DNA of 60,751 nt, filler included, from Hausera hauseri (GCA_046269625.1; 12 parts of 12 records of this genome joined end to end with filler, not necessarily neighbours in it), one strand, 5' to 3'; numbered from the whole stretch's first letter, positions 36,867 to 49,712 are shown. Program-made: numbers and translations. The notes: generated by a model from the sequence alone, not told the origin.

Positions 36867-39800
36867 ATGATTAATTGGATTTTCTTTTTTCTTTATTTAT
36901 AAATTCTAGATTTGCCACTTCAAATATTGCATCAATAAAGGTCATTCTGAAGAAAAATGCAACGACACGATGAACAAATATTATGGAGTGAAAGTCGACG
37001 GGCTCCAATTTTACATCTGCCCTACATGCGAGGTTGTATCTGGTCGACAATTCCCGGCATTCTGTAATCAGCATCGACACCATCTAACAATGTTTAATAA
37101 ACCAAAGAAAACCATACTGTAAGAACTCAGAGAAATGGTAAACATGACAAAACAGTTAGTATCACAGCAACGAATTCCGACAACTGATAAACCAGCTAAA
37201 CAGCCGATGAAACTAACAGAATCATCGCGTCACGCGGTTAAATGACAGATGAACCGAAACTCTGTTAAGCTAGCAAAGAATTCGAAAATGGATTCTGTGG
37301 AAAAGTTACGACTTAATGTTCAAACTATGATCGCTAATAATTATGTGAACCTTTGCTTTGGTGCTTCGCCTGACCAACTCATTTCTACTCGATAACCTCA
37401 GGAAATTCTGAATACTGTAGATGTGTACACTTCTAGGTTTTCTTCGTGTAAGATTCCATACAGACTGGAAATTCTGTTTGCAAATGCTGAAGTTGACTTT
37501 AAGGAGGCATATATTTCACGTCGAGATGTCCCTTATGAAAAGGCTTATCCGCAATCGGTAGCTGATACTTTGCGTGAGCCAGTTGAAAATTTTGCCGAAA
37601 TGAGTAGTGGTTGGAAGGTAGTGAAAATTGGAAAATACTGTTTTCATATAGTTAGAACTAGCCCACTAACTTATCTATCTGGAAAATCTACTAACACATG
37701 ACGCTTTAAATTTCGCAGAAAGTTATTAACGTGCAAAATGAGGATATTTTGTGTTTCTAATACTCTATTCTCCCAACGACCAAATGTTCTTCTATCGACA
37801 ATAATAGATATAGAAATAGAGTTAGCAGTTACATTCCTTATTTAAGCGAGCTGAAATATTCTTTGGATGATATGTCTATGAAGATATGCAGCATAAGTAA
37901 ATTTGAGAGGTAGAATCCACAGTTGTCAATTAATGTTTTCTTGTTTCACGATGTGGATGATGCGGATTTTGATGAGAATGTAGTGAAAAATCCATTCGTT
38001 GATATTTTGTATAAAAGAAAAATCTGAATGGTACTATAGTGACCTTGATGATTTTAGAAAATGACGGTAAGTTTCCCTATGTTGCAGTTCCTAATCTTAA
38101 TCGGTTGTTGAACATATGGCCTAACTCTATGAGAATTCAATGTAAGTATTGGTGTGAGAAATGTTTTCATGGCTTTAGGCTTGACACGGCTTAAGCTAAG
38201 CATTTACCAATGTGCACATCTTCTTCCAAATGCACAACTTTTTACAGAATGCCCGAAAACAAGTCTTTGCAAATTTTAGTCCTGAGCCAAATCTATAAGT
38301 CCTCATTTCGTCATATATTCTGACTTTGAATCTGTTCTGTGTCCTGATGATAAGGTTAAGCTTATTCATTTGCCTGCTGCAGCTAGTCTTTTGTTACTTT
38401 TATTAACGCGTATTCAATATAAACAATTTTTTGGTGAAAATTCTATTGTTGAGTTTCTGGCTTGTTTAAAGGAAATTGTGAAAAGCTTGGTTTTCTCCTG
38501 GTATGAAAGTTCGAAAAAGCCAGTGATTCCACTAACATCAGCTGAATGGTTTCAGGTCAAAAATTCCACATATTGCTACCTCCGTCATGAAAACGGTTCT
38601 TAATTGGTTCAAGATTACTGCCATGTTAGTGGTAAATTCTTAGGCCCAGCATGTAATAAATGTAACTTGGCTCGACAGATTAAGTACAATTTACCTGTTA
38701 TGTTCCATAATTTGCGCGGATATGGTCTTCATCATACTATAAAACACACATTAAGCAAATTCGGAAATTGGGAATTAAGTGTCATTCCGCAAACAACAGA
38801 GAAATTCATGACTAGGCAGGCAGTGATACAATTTTCAGGTAAAAAGTCTGTTTCATTTTGCTTTTTTGACACACTTCTGCTTTTATCTGCTTCACTGAAG
38901 ACACTTGCCTCTAATTTAGACTGTTATCCATTCATGAAATCAGCTTTATCAACTGATATCATCAAGAGTAAAGGCGTTTTTCCATACACTGCACCCAAAT
39001 CGTTTATTTACTTGCAGTCAGTTTCAGAATTACCACCAAAATGGGATGGCTTTAGTTACAACGATTATCAGGAGGCTCAACTTACCTGGCCAAGATGTAG
39101 ATGTAGCTCGCTTTTAGATTACATATTGGTATACATGAAACAAGATGTATACTTGTTAGGTTATATTTCTGAACGTTTTAGAAAGCAGGTTAAATTGGCG
39201 GATGGCTTAGAAGCGGTTAATTTCGTACCTATTTCCGGATTATCTTGGGCAACCGTGTTGTATTGAGCTCATTCACAATCCAGAAATGTATAGTTTTTTC
39301 AATCGGGTATTCGCGGTGGCATGACTTTTGTAAATAAGCATAGGATTACCACCAATGATAGCTCCACTATCATGTATATAGATGTGAATAATTTGTACTC
39401 CTGGGCTTTATCTCAACCTTGGCCATTTGCCAATTTAGTATGGATTTATGATGAGGATAAATTAAACAATCTGAATTCACTATTTCCTTTTGTCGACACG
39501 GTTACACAAAAACATGGTCTCGTCTTTGAAGTTGATTTCAGAATTCCTGCTGATAAACACGATAAGTTAGACGAACTGCCTTTAGCTACAATCAATGTCG
39601 TCCTGGTTTTCGAGTTAAGAAATTTCTGCTAAACATGAGCGAAAGTCCAACTATATCATACACTATAGGCTTTTGCAGCTATACATCAAGTTAGGGGCTG
39701 TAGTTGAAAAGGTACATCGGGCGATTGAATATGATCAAGGTTATATCTTTAAGGACTACATCAACCTTAATAGTGTAAAGAGGGCTGCTGCTAAAAATGC

Positions 39801-40570
39801 TTTTGAAAAAGACTTTTAAGCTGAAGAATCACAGTTTGTATGGAAAAACAATGGGAAATCTGATGAAACTGTCCAATTTGAGTCTTTGTAACAATGCAAG
39901 GAGGCTTGTAACATATGTCAGCAAAGCCCAGTTTAAAGAAAGTATCATTATTGCTAATGATCTGGTTTCTGTTCTCCTTGATAAGGACACAGTTACACTA
40001 GAAAGTCTTTCATACATCTGTCAGGCCGTACCTGATCTTTCCAAGTTATGGATGTATGAGCTTAATTACATCGAGTAGGATAAGCATAGACATCAGTTTA
40101 ATTGTGAGTTAAATATCATTGCTGGTGACACGGATAGCTTTTTTCGTGAGTGCCATGGAGTTAATTTAAGATCACAACTCTTACCAGCATTGATTTCTAA
40201 TAAAGAGTTGGACACATCGAATTATGATACTAACGACACTGTTTATTCCACTAGTTCCTCGGCTGTTATAGGGAAGTTTAAATACGAAAGCAAAGGCAGT
40301 GTCGAGTACAAAGAGGGAATTTTCCTAAGAGCGAAATGTTACGCGTTGAAAACACAAAAAAGTCCGTATTGAAAAGTCAAGATTTGCAGTTTGAAAACTT
40401 TCTCCACGCCTATGAAAGTGGTCATGGAACAACAGGCTACCAGGAGCGTATCGGAACAAATAATCATCAGCTCATGACAACAAGCAGCAAAAAGAAAGAA
40501 TTGGACCCGTTCGACGATAAGAGACAGTGGCTTCAGAAAAATCAGTGTCGCTTATGGCCATTACTGTATA
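36867..40570 (+). pseudogene. Protein-primed DNA polymerase B of a Polinton/Maverick/adintovirus-type element, decayed
   Basis: SGW, IYSDFES, DYCHVSGKFLGPACNKCNL (endonuclease VII-like), FHNLRGY, KGVFPY, IRGG, YIDVNNLY, KLKNHSLYGK, GDTDSF, GKFK.E, DDKR. Many stops and frameshifts. Confidence 0.92.
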
Positions 40571-40844
40571 TAATTTTGTACAATAAATATTTTAGTCTTA
40601 TTTGTTTTTTTATTCGTAGTAAATTTGTACAGTTTTAGTAATTGTAGTTTTACATTGTGGATATAGCTTTACGTTTGAACATTTAAAACATACTACCAGA
40701 TGACCGCACATTAGGAACACTGTATCCACTTTATTTTCTTTACANNNNNNNNNNNNNNNNNNNNNNNNNNNNNNNNNNNNNNNNNNNNTTAATTAATTAA
40801 NNNNNNNNNNNNNNNNNNNNNNNNNNNNNNNNNNNNNNNNNNNN

Positions 40845-43800
40845 TAGATGAAACTATCAGTATCCATATACATCATCTTCATGGACGTGAACTTGTGGAC
40901 CATTATATCGTAATGGAATTTGTACATCAAGGTCTTTGATAGATCCCATATTGCCATACCCACATATATGGGCTTATTGAATACCAATGCTGTTTTCAGC
41001 ATATGGATGCCTATCAAGATTTCAGTATATATGGTGCTGCTATGGATGTTAGGCTTGGCAATAAGCTTCTTTGCCCACTTCTAGTCACATACTAGCTCCA
41101 TGTTGATCCTATTACGGATATTCTCCATGGTCTTGCCAAAAACCGAGTTGTTGTAAAGCTTGAACTGGTACTTCTCAAAGTCGTTTTTGGCACTAGTCCG
41201 CAGCTTCGTATAGAGATCTATGTGTGAGTGAAGCCACATGGACTGGTTGAACTGCAGGGCTCTATGGATCTTAGTAATACGAAGTCCATGTCTAACTGCC
41301 TGCTAGAGATTGATGTAGTGGACTACATACCTATCTCTATTACCCCCATGACATAGCAGCTTACTCTGTTTTCCATGTGACGGGGGCCTGCTCTCAGTAA
41401 AGAAAGGAAGCTGGTTATGCCTTGCGTGGATGGAAGTCGGATATTCCATGTCCACCACCAGTATGTATCCCGTATCTCCAGTAGGATCCGAGTCCAATAT
41501 AGTGATGTATTCAGGATTTGCGACCCATTTGAAGTTATCATATGGCAATAGGGAGCTCATTGCCCACCCACACAAGTTGTTGGTATCCAGGTATGATATA
41601 TATGTGATTCCTTGGATCTATCATACTGGGTCATATACTTGTTGTTGGCCTCACTATACCGATGAATGGCGTGGAATATTCCGCATCTAATGCCTCTCTC
41701 AATCATAAGGATCATATCCTAATCCTTAATGATCTACAGCCTAATATCAGTATAACACAGCATTGCTGTCCAGCTCATCCCCGCAGCCGTAAAGAAATGA
41801 GCCGGATTCAATGCATGGCTCTTCGCTGTAACATCCCTGAAACTCTCAAGTACATCTGTCAGCAGCAGCACATCAGTTTGGCGATATATATATATATCAC
41901 TATATTCCTCTAACGTTTGGCATTGGAATGCATGCCAGACGTTCTGAGCATGATGATAGTCAGCATCACTGATATCGCAATCAGAGAGAATATTCTAAAA
42001 CTGCTTCTTGTCTATCAATGAGGTCTCATCCAATGTTTCCCATGAAGTTACGTAATCATAGGGAAACACGCCTTTCCTTTTAACCAGGTCAAATGTAGTG
42101 GGGAAGAAACGCTTCATCTCCTTGAGTTCTTCTGCAGAGAGGTTCTTTTTTACTAAACTGTCCAGTGAAGACGACATGAAACGAAAGCTGTCTATGAAGC
42201 GAAGTCGGATTTTTTCAGCATGCTTAGTAAAAGTGATATATTTCTCCTCACTGTTTAAAATCACATCTATATTACCATCATTGTTGCCTAATTCTTGGAC
42301 CATGAAATAGAAATCATAGCCACTGATATTGTGGAACACTACAGGCACATATGTACATGTTTTGCAGCGAAGATTGCATTTGTTGCATGTTGCCCCTCGA
42401 TATTTGCCTTTAAAATACAGCGATCCTTGAATTTATAATTTTCCTTGGTGAAGGACTTGTTGCACAAGTAACATGTTGTTGCCTTGCGCCATTCATCTCA
42501 TTGTTTCCACGACATGCTCATATTATCCTTATGCTGTTGCAGCACGTTTTCAAGCTTATGAACCATGTCTTCAAGTCGTTTCATGAAATGTGCTGCTGCA
42601 CTTGAAAGTCTAAATAGAAATGGTTTACTATCCCGTCCTGTGGCATACATACAATATGATGAGAGTTCATGATATTGGTATGACGTTTTACTGCTATGTT
42701 GAGGACTGTGAGTGCAGCTGTAAAGTGGCCGGAGAATAGCTTCAAAGTCGCAATAGATAACTATTGGGACCTAGACCTTCTTCTCGAACTCCTTGAATTC
42801 AATATAGTCCTCCTTGGGAAATTCTGGCCATATACTGTAATTGCTGCTAAAGAACATTTTGTGCTCTGCAAGCTTGTCCACTGAAGTATCACGACTGAAA
42901 TGAGACAGACATCGTTTACATATTTCTATTTATGCATGATGATTTGTAATTTTGGATCTGACTAGACGCTCAAAGTTCTTGATCCAAACAAAATGTTGCT
43001 TTTCTCCATTGTCTAGTAGGAGCAGATAGCCATGATCTTCCAATTCAACATCGCATATATGCAGGGGATAGAATTTGTCCTCATCATCCAATCCAAATAT
43101 GTTGGTTTATATGTTGTTGATTCGACTGAACTTCTTAATTTCATATAAGAATGGAGGGAATGTGATACGTTGGAAGTCATAGTTGTGCTGCACATTCTTA
43201 TATTGCCAAACTTGTGAAGCATTATGTTGATCCGGTACAAGTTTTAATAGAATGGCATACATGAAACACATGTTGTCATTATTACGGACATTGACACATG
43301 CTTTTTTATTAGCGATTCAATCAGGGAGCTGAATATATAAACTTCCTCGCATGGGGGAGAATCTGTGCACATACACAAGCAATTTTGTTATGATTGACAG
43401 ATTCCATCCGCTCTTCTTATCCTAGCTCTTATCAGTTTTACGGATCAGCTTTGCATGCACTTCATGCAGCCATCCTGATATATTGGTGGCTTCAAAAATA
43501 GGCATATTTTTGGTCTTGAATGCCCTTTTGGACTCTTCGCCATCAACACTGACGTATGTGGCCTCAAGTTTCATATTAGCCTTAACGGCCTTGAGCTAAG
43601 CTATGCTGTTCTGGAGAATTCCCTTTATTTCTTCTTCTGTGTACTCCAGGAACTTTTTGATGGTTGTTTGACCAGTTGCATCAATGTCATATTTGCGGCA
43701 TTTCCTCTTTAATGATGCAGCATTAACTGGACTTTGTCTTTTACTCCTTGATGGAGCCGGTACGCCTAATGCGCCTGATGTGCCTGATGCGCGTTTTTGT

Positions 43801-44384
43801 CCTGTATCTGGCTGTACTGCAGGCTGTGGTACAGCAAGGTGTGCAAATTGCTTATGTTCAATAAAGATGATCTTCTTTGACTTTGATGCAAAGTAAGTCA
43901 ATTGATGCCTGTGATCTTCATAAAACTGTATGTATTCGCCATCACATACAGCCTCACATCTTAGGCAGATATAATAAATGATACTATTGAATTAGTGTCC
44001 ATAATGGCTCCTCATGGTATTGTAGAAATTCTGAGGGTTGTGTATTGCACATGTACAATACACATATGAACTGCACACTGTATTTTCAATTGGCATGAAA
44101 GTCGTTATTGGCATATTGGTACTGAATATTTGTTTTTTCGACTTGGTGAATGAAATCAAGTGCTGTTTATGGACATTGTAAAATACTACATAATTGGTTT
44201 GGCACACTACCTCATATGTAGGACATATATGATACTGAACCCTGTTGTATAGATGGCCAAAGTACTTCTTCATAATACTGCGGCAATTTTTAGGCTCACG
44301 GATTTGAGCCAAACATTCGGTGCGAAGTTTGCACATCTATAAATCAACCAATTATTTGAGGAGCACAATTAAAAAACTCACCAT
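40845..44384 (-). pseudogene. Second protein-primed DNA polymerase B (Polinton/Maverick/adintovirus-type), decayed and truncated by the spacer
   Basis: [90 protein letters not shown]. Confidence 0.93.
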
Positions 44385-45379
44385 TCGTTGAAGTGATTTT
44401 GGAAATAATGAAAAATATAGCCATATCACCATGTACTGCCTCGCTTATTTATTGGTTTTAATGCGCTTTTGTTTTAATGAATCAATTAAATTAAATAGAA
44501 GGCGGCGCCAAATTTAAGGTTTCCGACTATGAGGAATAGAAAGACGTCATAAGATTCATCGAATAATGCATGCTTGACCGAATTTTTGAGCTTGAATTGC
44601 TAAGTATTTGACTTGTGAGCTCGAATTCGAATACCTGGTGCCATATTCCGGTTTATCATACATGACTTCCTACCCTGCCCCGCTTATAGATTTATCGATT
44701 TCCGCTTCACTGGGCTTTAAATGCACAGTTTGCTTAATTTGAAATATTTATTTTATGTGTATATAGTAAATTTACATGGAATAATTTTTATGAATAAAGG
44801 GGTTTTCATATATGAGGAATCGATTCCCGCTGTTAGATTTTTTGGGTAGTGTGATATTAGATGTTCCAGCTCAAAAATATTCGCATTTCGAATATCTAAC
44901 TCGAGATTCGAGATCGCCATACTCAATTTCCTATCTGTCCCCGCTAATTATAATATCGAATTTTGCTTTTGTAGGTCCTAAAAAACCTATGCGGGTTCTG
45001 CCTCAGTTGGGAATTATTCGAAAACCAATCAATATATTTAAATTCTAACTGCACATGCTCACAGTGCATCATGTTGGCTACCAATTGCATCCGGTGCCGT
45101 GCCCCAATAATCAATATTGGGAATATCGGAAATCCAATATTATTGATTTTTGCACACTTGCACGTGTGCTGCACACCTGCACTGTGCACAAATACATGCG
45201 CACTGAAGTGCACTATCGAGTAGCACTTTGTGCCGATCGATTCGATCAATACTGCACTGTGCAGCGATCGATTTGAGAANNNNNNNNNNNNNNNNNNNNN
45301 NNNNNNNNNNNNNNNNNNNNNNNTTAATTAATTAANNNNNNNNNNNNNNNNNNNNNNNNNNNNNNNNNNNNNNNNNNNN

Positions 45380-46075
45380 TTTTCATGGAAGGTGATAATT
45401 TGTTCTTCCTGCTCTTTCTTTGCTCCTTCTTTAGCTAACATATCAGCTTTTTCATTTCCTGGTATACCACAATGAGCTGGTATCCACTGCAGCATTACTC
45501 TTTTGTTGCTGTTCACTTCATGGAGGGCTCTTGTGAGTTCTGGCAACTTATCACTGTTGATGGTCTGCAAAAGTGACAATGCATCTGTGAAGAATACAAC
45601 CTGCTGGCATTGGTTCCTTGTATTTTTTATCATTTGTGCAGCAATGCTTAGGGCTTGTACTTCAGCAGCATAGTTTGAGCAGAATATTCCAGTTGCTGTG
45701 CTATTGGATTCACTTGCTTTGTCGGGGTATATCACATACACTCCTGCACCTCCATTCCTCACTGCTTTTGTTACAGATCCATCAGTATATGCATGGATCC
45801 AGGCTTCTCTGGGATATAGTTCTTCAATCATGCTGTAGGCAGCTGTTCTTTTTTTAAGAACGATTAGCTCTTCAGTGGGGCAGATGTTCATGGAGGTTAT
45901 TGTACTGAGTCCAGGAAGCTGTTCCCATGGACTTGGGAAGAGTGTTGGGGATATTTCTGTTGTGATATCTTGTAAGTCTTCGTTATACAGCCTACTCAGT
46001 CTTTTGGAACGATGTACGAAGTTGCTTTTCTTCAATCTTCCACTAGCTAAATCTTCGAATCTTGTTTTCATTGGA
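45380..46075 (-). mobile_element. LINE RNase H region (I/Nimb/Ingi-like)
   Basis: AYTDGS...GAGV, AEVQAL, FFTDALS, LQWIPAHCGIPGNEKADMLAK. Confidence 0.85.
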
Positions 46076-47886
46076 TGTGCAAGCTTTTCCCAGTTACTAA
46101 AGTCTATTTGAAAGTCCTCCATTGATGGTTTACAGACGTCTTTATATCTCATCTTTGGTCTCATTCTTGGCCTTGTCCCCTCTGACAACTCACCTAACAA
46201 AATCTGCCTGGGAATGCGGTAGTCACTCATTCTGCTGATATGTCCCAGCCATCTAAGTCTTCTATTACAAAGTAATGCCATTAGAGATGGTAGCTTTGCA
46301 CGTTGCAGTACTCCTGTGTTCGTCACTTCGACTTGCCATCTGATATTCATTGTTGTGCGAAGGCAGCGCATATGAAACCTATTGAGTCTCTTCTCTTGGC
46401 CTGCATAGGTTATATATATATCATCATCATGTCGCCTTTCCCTTGTATAACATCGCCTTTATCACAGCCCATCTGTGCCTTTCAGTATTTCAGTATAAAG
46501 TTGACTCTTCTTGTATTACCATTACAATTTCGAATTTGTTTAGAATGTTGTATTCTTATTGTATGGTTTTCCTTTGCAATTCGTTTGAGTCTGACTTTCA
46601 AATCTACAATTAGCAATTAATTGTCTGAGTCGCAATCTGCGTCTGGTAATGTCTTTGTGGCTGTTATACTTGACCTCCATCTTTGTTGCATTTTGAGGTA
46701 GTCTGTTTGATTCCTAGTATTGTCATCTGGCAAAGTCTATACACTTCTGATGGGCTTGCTTTAAAAGTGGGATTGCGACGCACAAGTTATTTTCTAGGCT
46801 AATTCCATTAGTCATTCGCCTCTTTCGTTTCTACGTCCTATACCAAATGTATCTCGCACTTTTTTCACCTACTTTCTTTGCCCAATTTTGCATTAAAACC
46901 CCCATTATAATTGTGATGTTAGCTTTCTTTACTTCATGTATAGTTTCTTGAAATTTGCTTATAAAATTCCATGATATCTCTGTCCTTTGTTGCTGATGTT
47001 GGTGCATTTATCTATATGACTGTGATGTCTCTTTTTTGCTCTTCAGTACAATTGATATTATACTATCATGTATTATGTTATATCCAATAAGTGATGATTT
47101 TTAATTTCTTTGTTAGAATGAAACAAAATCCTCCTTGTCTACTTTCCGTGAATATATGCATTTTCTCCCGAGATGGTTATCACTTCACTTTTTCCAGCAG
47201 ACCTGTGTTCAGCAATTCCTCGTATGTCTTGTTTGCTCTTGTGATTTGTTTAGTGAGCATTTGTAGTTTTCCCTCGTTTAGATTTCATACATTCCATGTA
47301 CCTATCCTTATGTTACTTTTCTTCTGTTTTAGTTTTTTTCATGCTTGGTTTATTTACACTCAGAACCGTCTCAGTGAAATACCGCTTTACCACAGTCGTG
47401 CTTTTGGCCGTCATCACAATTAATGGTACTATCTATGGCACTGTTCTCTTCAGTTAACGGATCTGCCTGGCCTGGGGGACTCACCATCAGATCTTTGTAT
47501 TATATCATTCTTTATTGTCATGAGTTTCTAGCATGAGGATGACTACTCGTATGATCAGTAGTTTGCCATTTCTTTCTGAAAGGCTCTGGTCGGTTACCAA
47601 CTTTGTCCCTGGTGCGCAATTAGCGCGTGGTTAGGCAGTTTCAGCCCCTGCTTTTGGAGTCGTTGTCGAACGAATCGATCTTCCGTCTCCTCCACCAGCA
47701 GCTATGTCTATATCTAAGGGGGAAACCCTTATAATTAATTCACTCACATAGTTTAGCCGTCCCGCCAAAACCGTTGCCAGGGAGATAATACTGACGTACA
47801 CAAGCACGCGCGTAGAGTAATTTGTGAGCTAGGCAGGTGTGGTGGAACAAAAACTAAAATTGAGGTGCATAGGTGTGTGGCTGCCC
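46076..47886 (-). mobile_element. RTE-clade LINE pieces: 5' UTR, decayed APE region and C-terminal region
   Basis: IGTWNV near 47300; RRLRWLGHISRM..RIPRQIL.GEL..G.RP..RPK.RYKD at 46100-46370. May be more than one element. Confidence 0.75.
47745..47886 (-). ncRNA. Candidate degenerate HDV-like self-cleaving ribozyme at the RTE 5' end
   Basis: P1 GGGCAG(C)/CCUGCCU with a G1-U wobble, P3 UGU/ACA, L3 UCCACC, J4/2 GGCUAA, P2 UAGU/ACUA. P1.1 and the P2-P3 junction are imperfect. Confidence 0.45.
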
Positions 47887-48899
47887 CTCACCGTGAGGAA
47901 CTATTCCTTACACACTCCTGCTCTATCTCCCATGTCCTATATATATATATGTATATATATGATGCTGTGTTTATGGACGGCGCATAGATGTCCGTCACCA
48001 ACGCAATCAAGGCTGAATTTCAGTATTATACCAAGATCCTTGCCTGGTTTCAAACGTTGAGTCCAAGGAACGAAAATGAAATCTTCTGGCTAAATGTCAG
48101 AGGAATGTTACAGTCTAAATCTTCCCTCAAAATCCCTTGACTTGATCTTACAGATCCACTGTCTTTTAGATCATACTTTGAGAAACACTGCTGTAGGATA
48201 ATAACACATTTACATTTAGGATTCATCAAGTAACATCTGTTCTTTCTTGATGTAATCTATTCTCGTGTCGCACTTCGTGTGCCTGCCTTGCCCCAGTAAA
48301 AGACGATTTGTTGAAAAGTGAGAGATTATTGTGCTTCGAGAACTCACACTGAGACATTTGACATCTCCTTACATTATTGCAATAATTATATATTTCTCAG
48401 TCTCTTTTATCACTTGTTGGCGTCTAATTGAAGAGCAACAGGTTTTGCTATTCATTGCTTTTTGGCATTTTTGTTTTGTCAGCGAAATGATTGTGTATCC
48501 ACATGAGTGTGTTTACTGATTGATCTAAATTATTTGTCAGCTGGAAGTTATTTACCATTTTCTTTGCATCATTTATGCGGAACATCATCATCACTTGTTC
48601 GTGGGCGAAGCTATCAAAGAAGACATCATCCATCACGTTATAGTGCCCTATCTGTGCCCCATATTGTTCACCTATGCTTTCACTGTTCTAACCTAGATTG
48701 TCCGTAAACACCCATTTCTCGTCTAATAACTTTGGTGTCCGTCGCAATTATGGATATATATATCCATGTGTAAAGATGTTGACCTATATCTAACCTAAAC
48801 TGTCTAACACTATTTCTTCTGTATGTCAGATGATGGTCAGTTCTAGTTGAAACTTTCAAGTCATCTTTCGGCTGTGAAAATATGTGTCCTATATCTATG

Positions 48900-49110
48900 C
48901 TAGGCAAATCAAGTAGGTATCGCATATATCATAAGGGTATACTTCGTACATCCAGTACAACTCGCATGGCTGCATTCTGAATGTTCTCAAGTCTTGTTAT
49001 CTGCGTCTGAGACACGTTGAGGAGACCATGACCGAAGACAATAACCGCCAGCACCAACATTTGCATACAGGTAAATATCATCCACTGTTGTGTTTCAGCA
49101 TCTGCCATCA
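48900..49110 (-). mobile_element. LINE RT C-terminal remnant
   Basis: RLENIQNAAMRVVL motif. Confidence 0.55.
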
Positions 49111-49165
49111 TTCCTTAATTTATAACGAAATGAAAAGAAACTGGTGTGAGACCACAAACACGAAA

Positions 49166-49712
49166 GTGCAAGTAGGAATAGAAAGGTAGGATAGGGTAAG
49201 TCTCACCTAACGAGGAGAAATGAAAAAAAATCTGCATTTGGCTTGATCCCCTTGGGTGCGATCTCTACTTCTCTCGCTTCCACTTATTTTCCTACTGCAC
49301 CACCCCTCGCACTTTTCTTTCTAAGGGAGCTTTCTTGCTCCTCTCTAGTCCTCTATCTCTCCATGGATAAACAACCCCCATCCCCTTTATTGTTAGTAGT
49401 GGCTTTGTTGATGCACACTCCTCATTCGTAGAATCTCCTTCTACCTCCTTCCGCCGTGTCGTCTTTTTCGAGACCGACAGCGAGTGGCAGAGGACATTAC
49501 CTCGGTTAAGTTCCATTTTCATAGTTTCTTTTTCCTTTGTTTCATCATGAAATCTTTGTTTTTGTAGGCACGTTTATTTGTGTGTTGTTTTGCATTGTGT
49601 TGTTTTGTGATTGTTCCTGATGAAGACCTAACGGTTGCAACGGAGTTTGTTTTTTTCATTGTCCTCCTTACCTGAGACTTACTCTACCTTTTCTTTGTAT
49701 TCCTACTTGCAC
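49166..49712. repeat. ~65-bp inverted repeat (49166-49230 / 49650-49712) with an adjacent degenerate hammerhead; Penelope-like
   Basis: GTGCAAGTAGGAATA...GTAAGTCTCA...GAGGA.AAATGAAAAAAA occurs on both strands. CTGATGA-AGACC-TAAC-GGTT-GCAAC at 49617-49641. Confidence 0.6.

Noticed and set aside
36161-45279. A single element with two convergent PolB genes
   Set aside because: A spacer at 40745-40844 separates two independent contigs.
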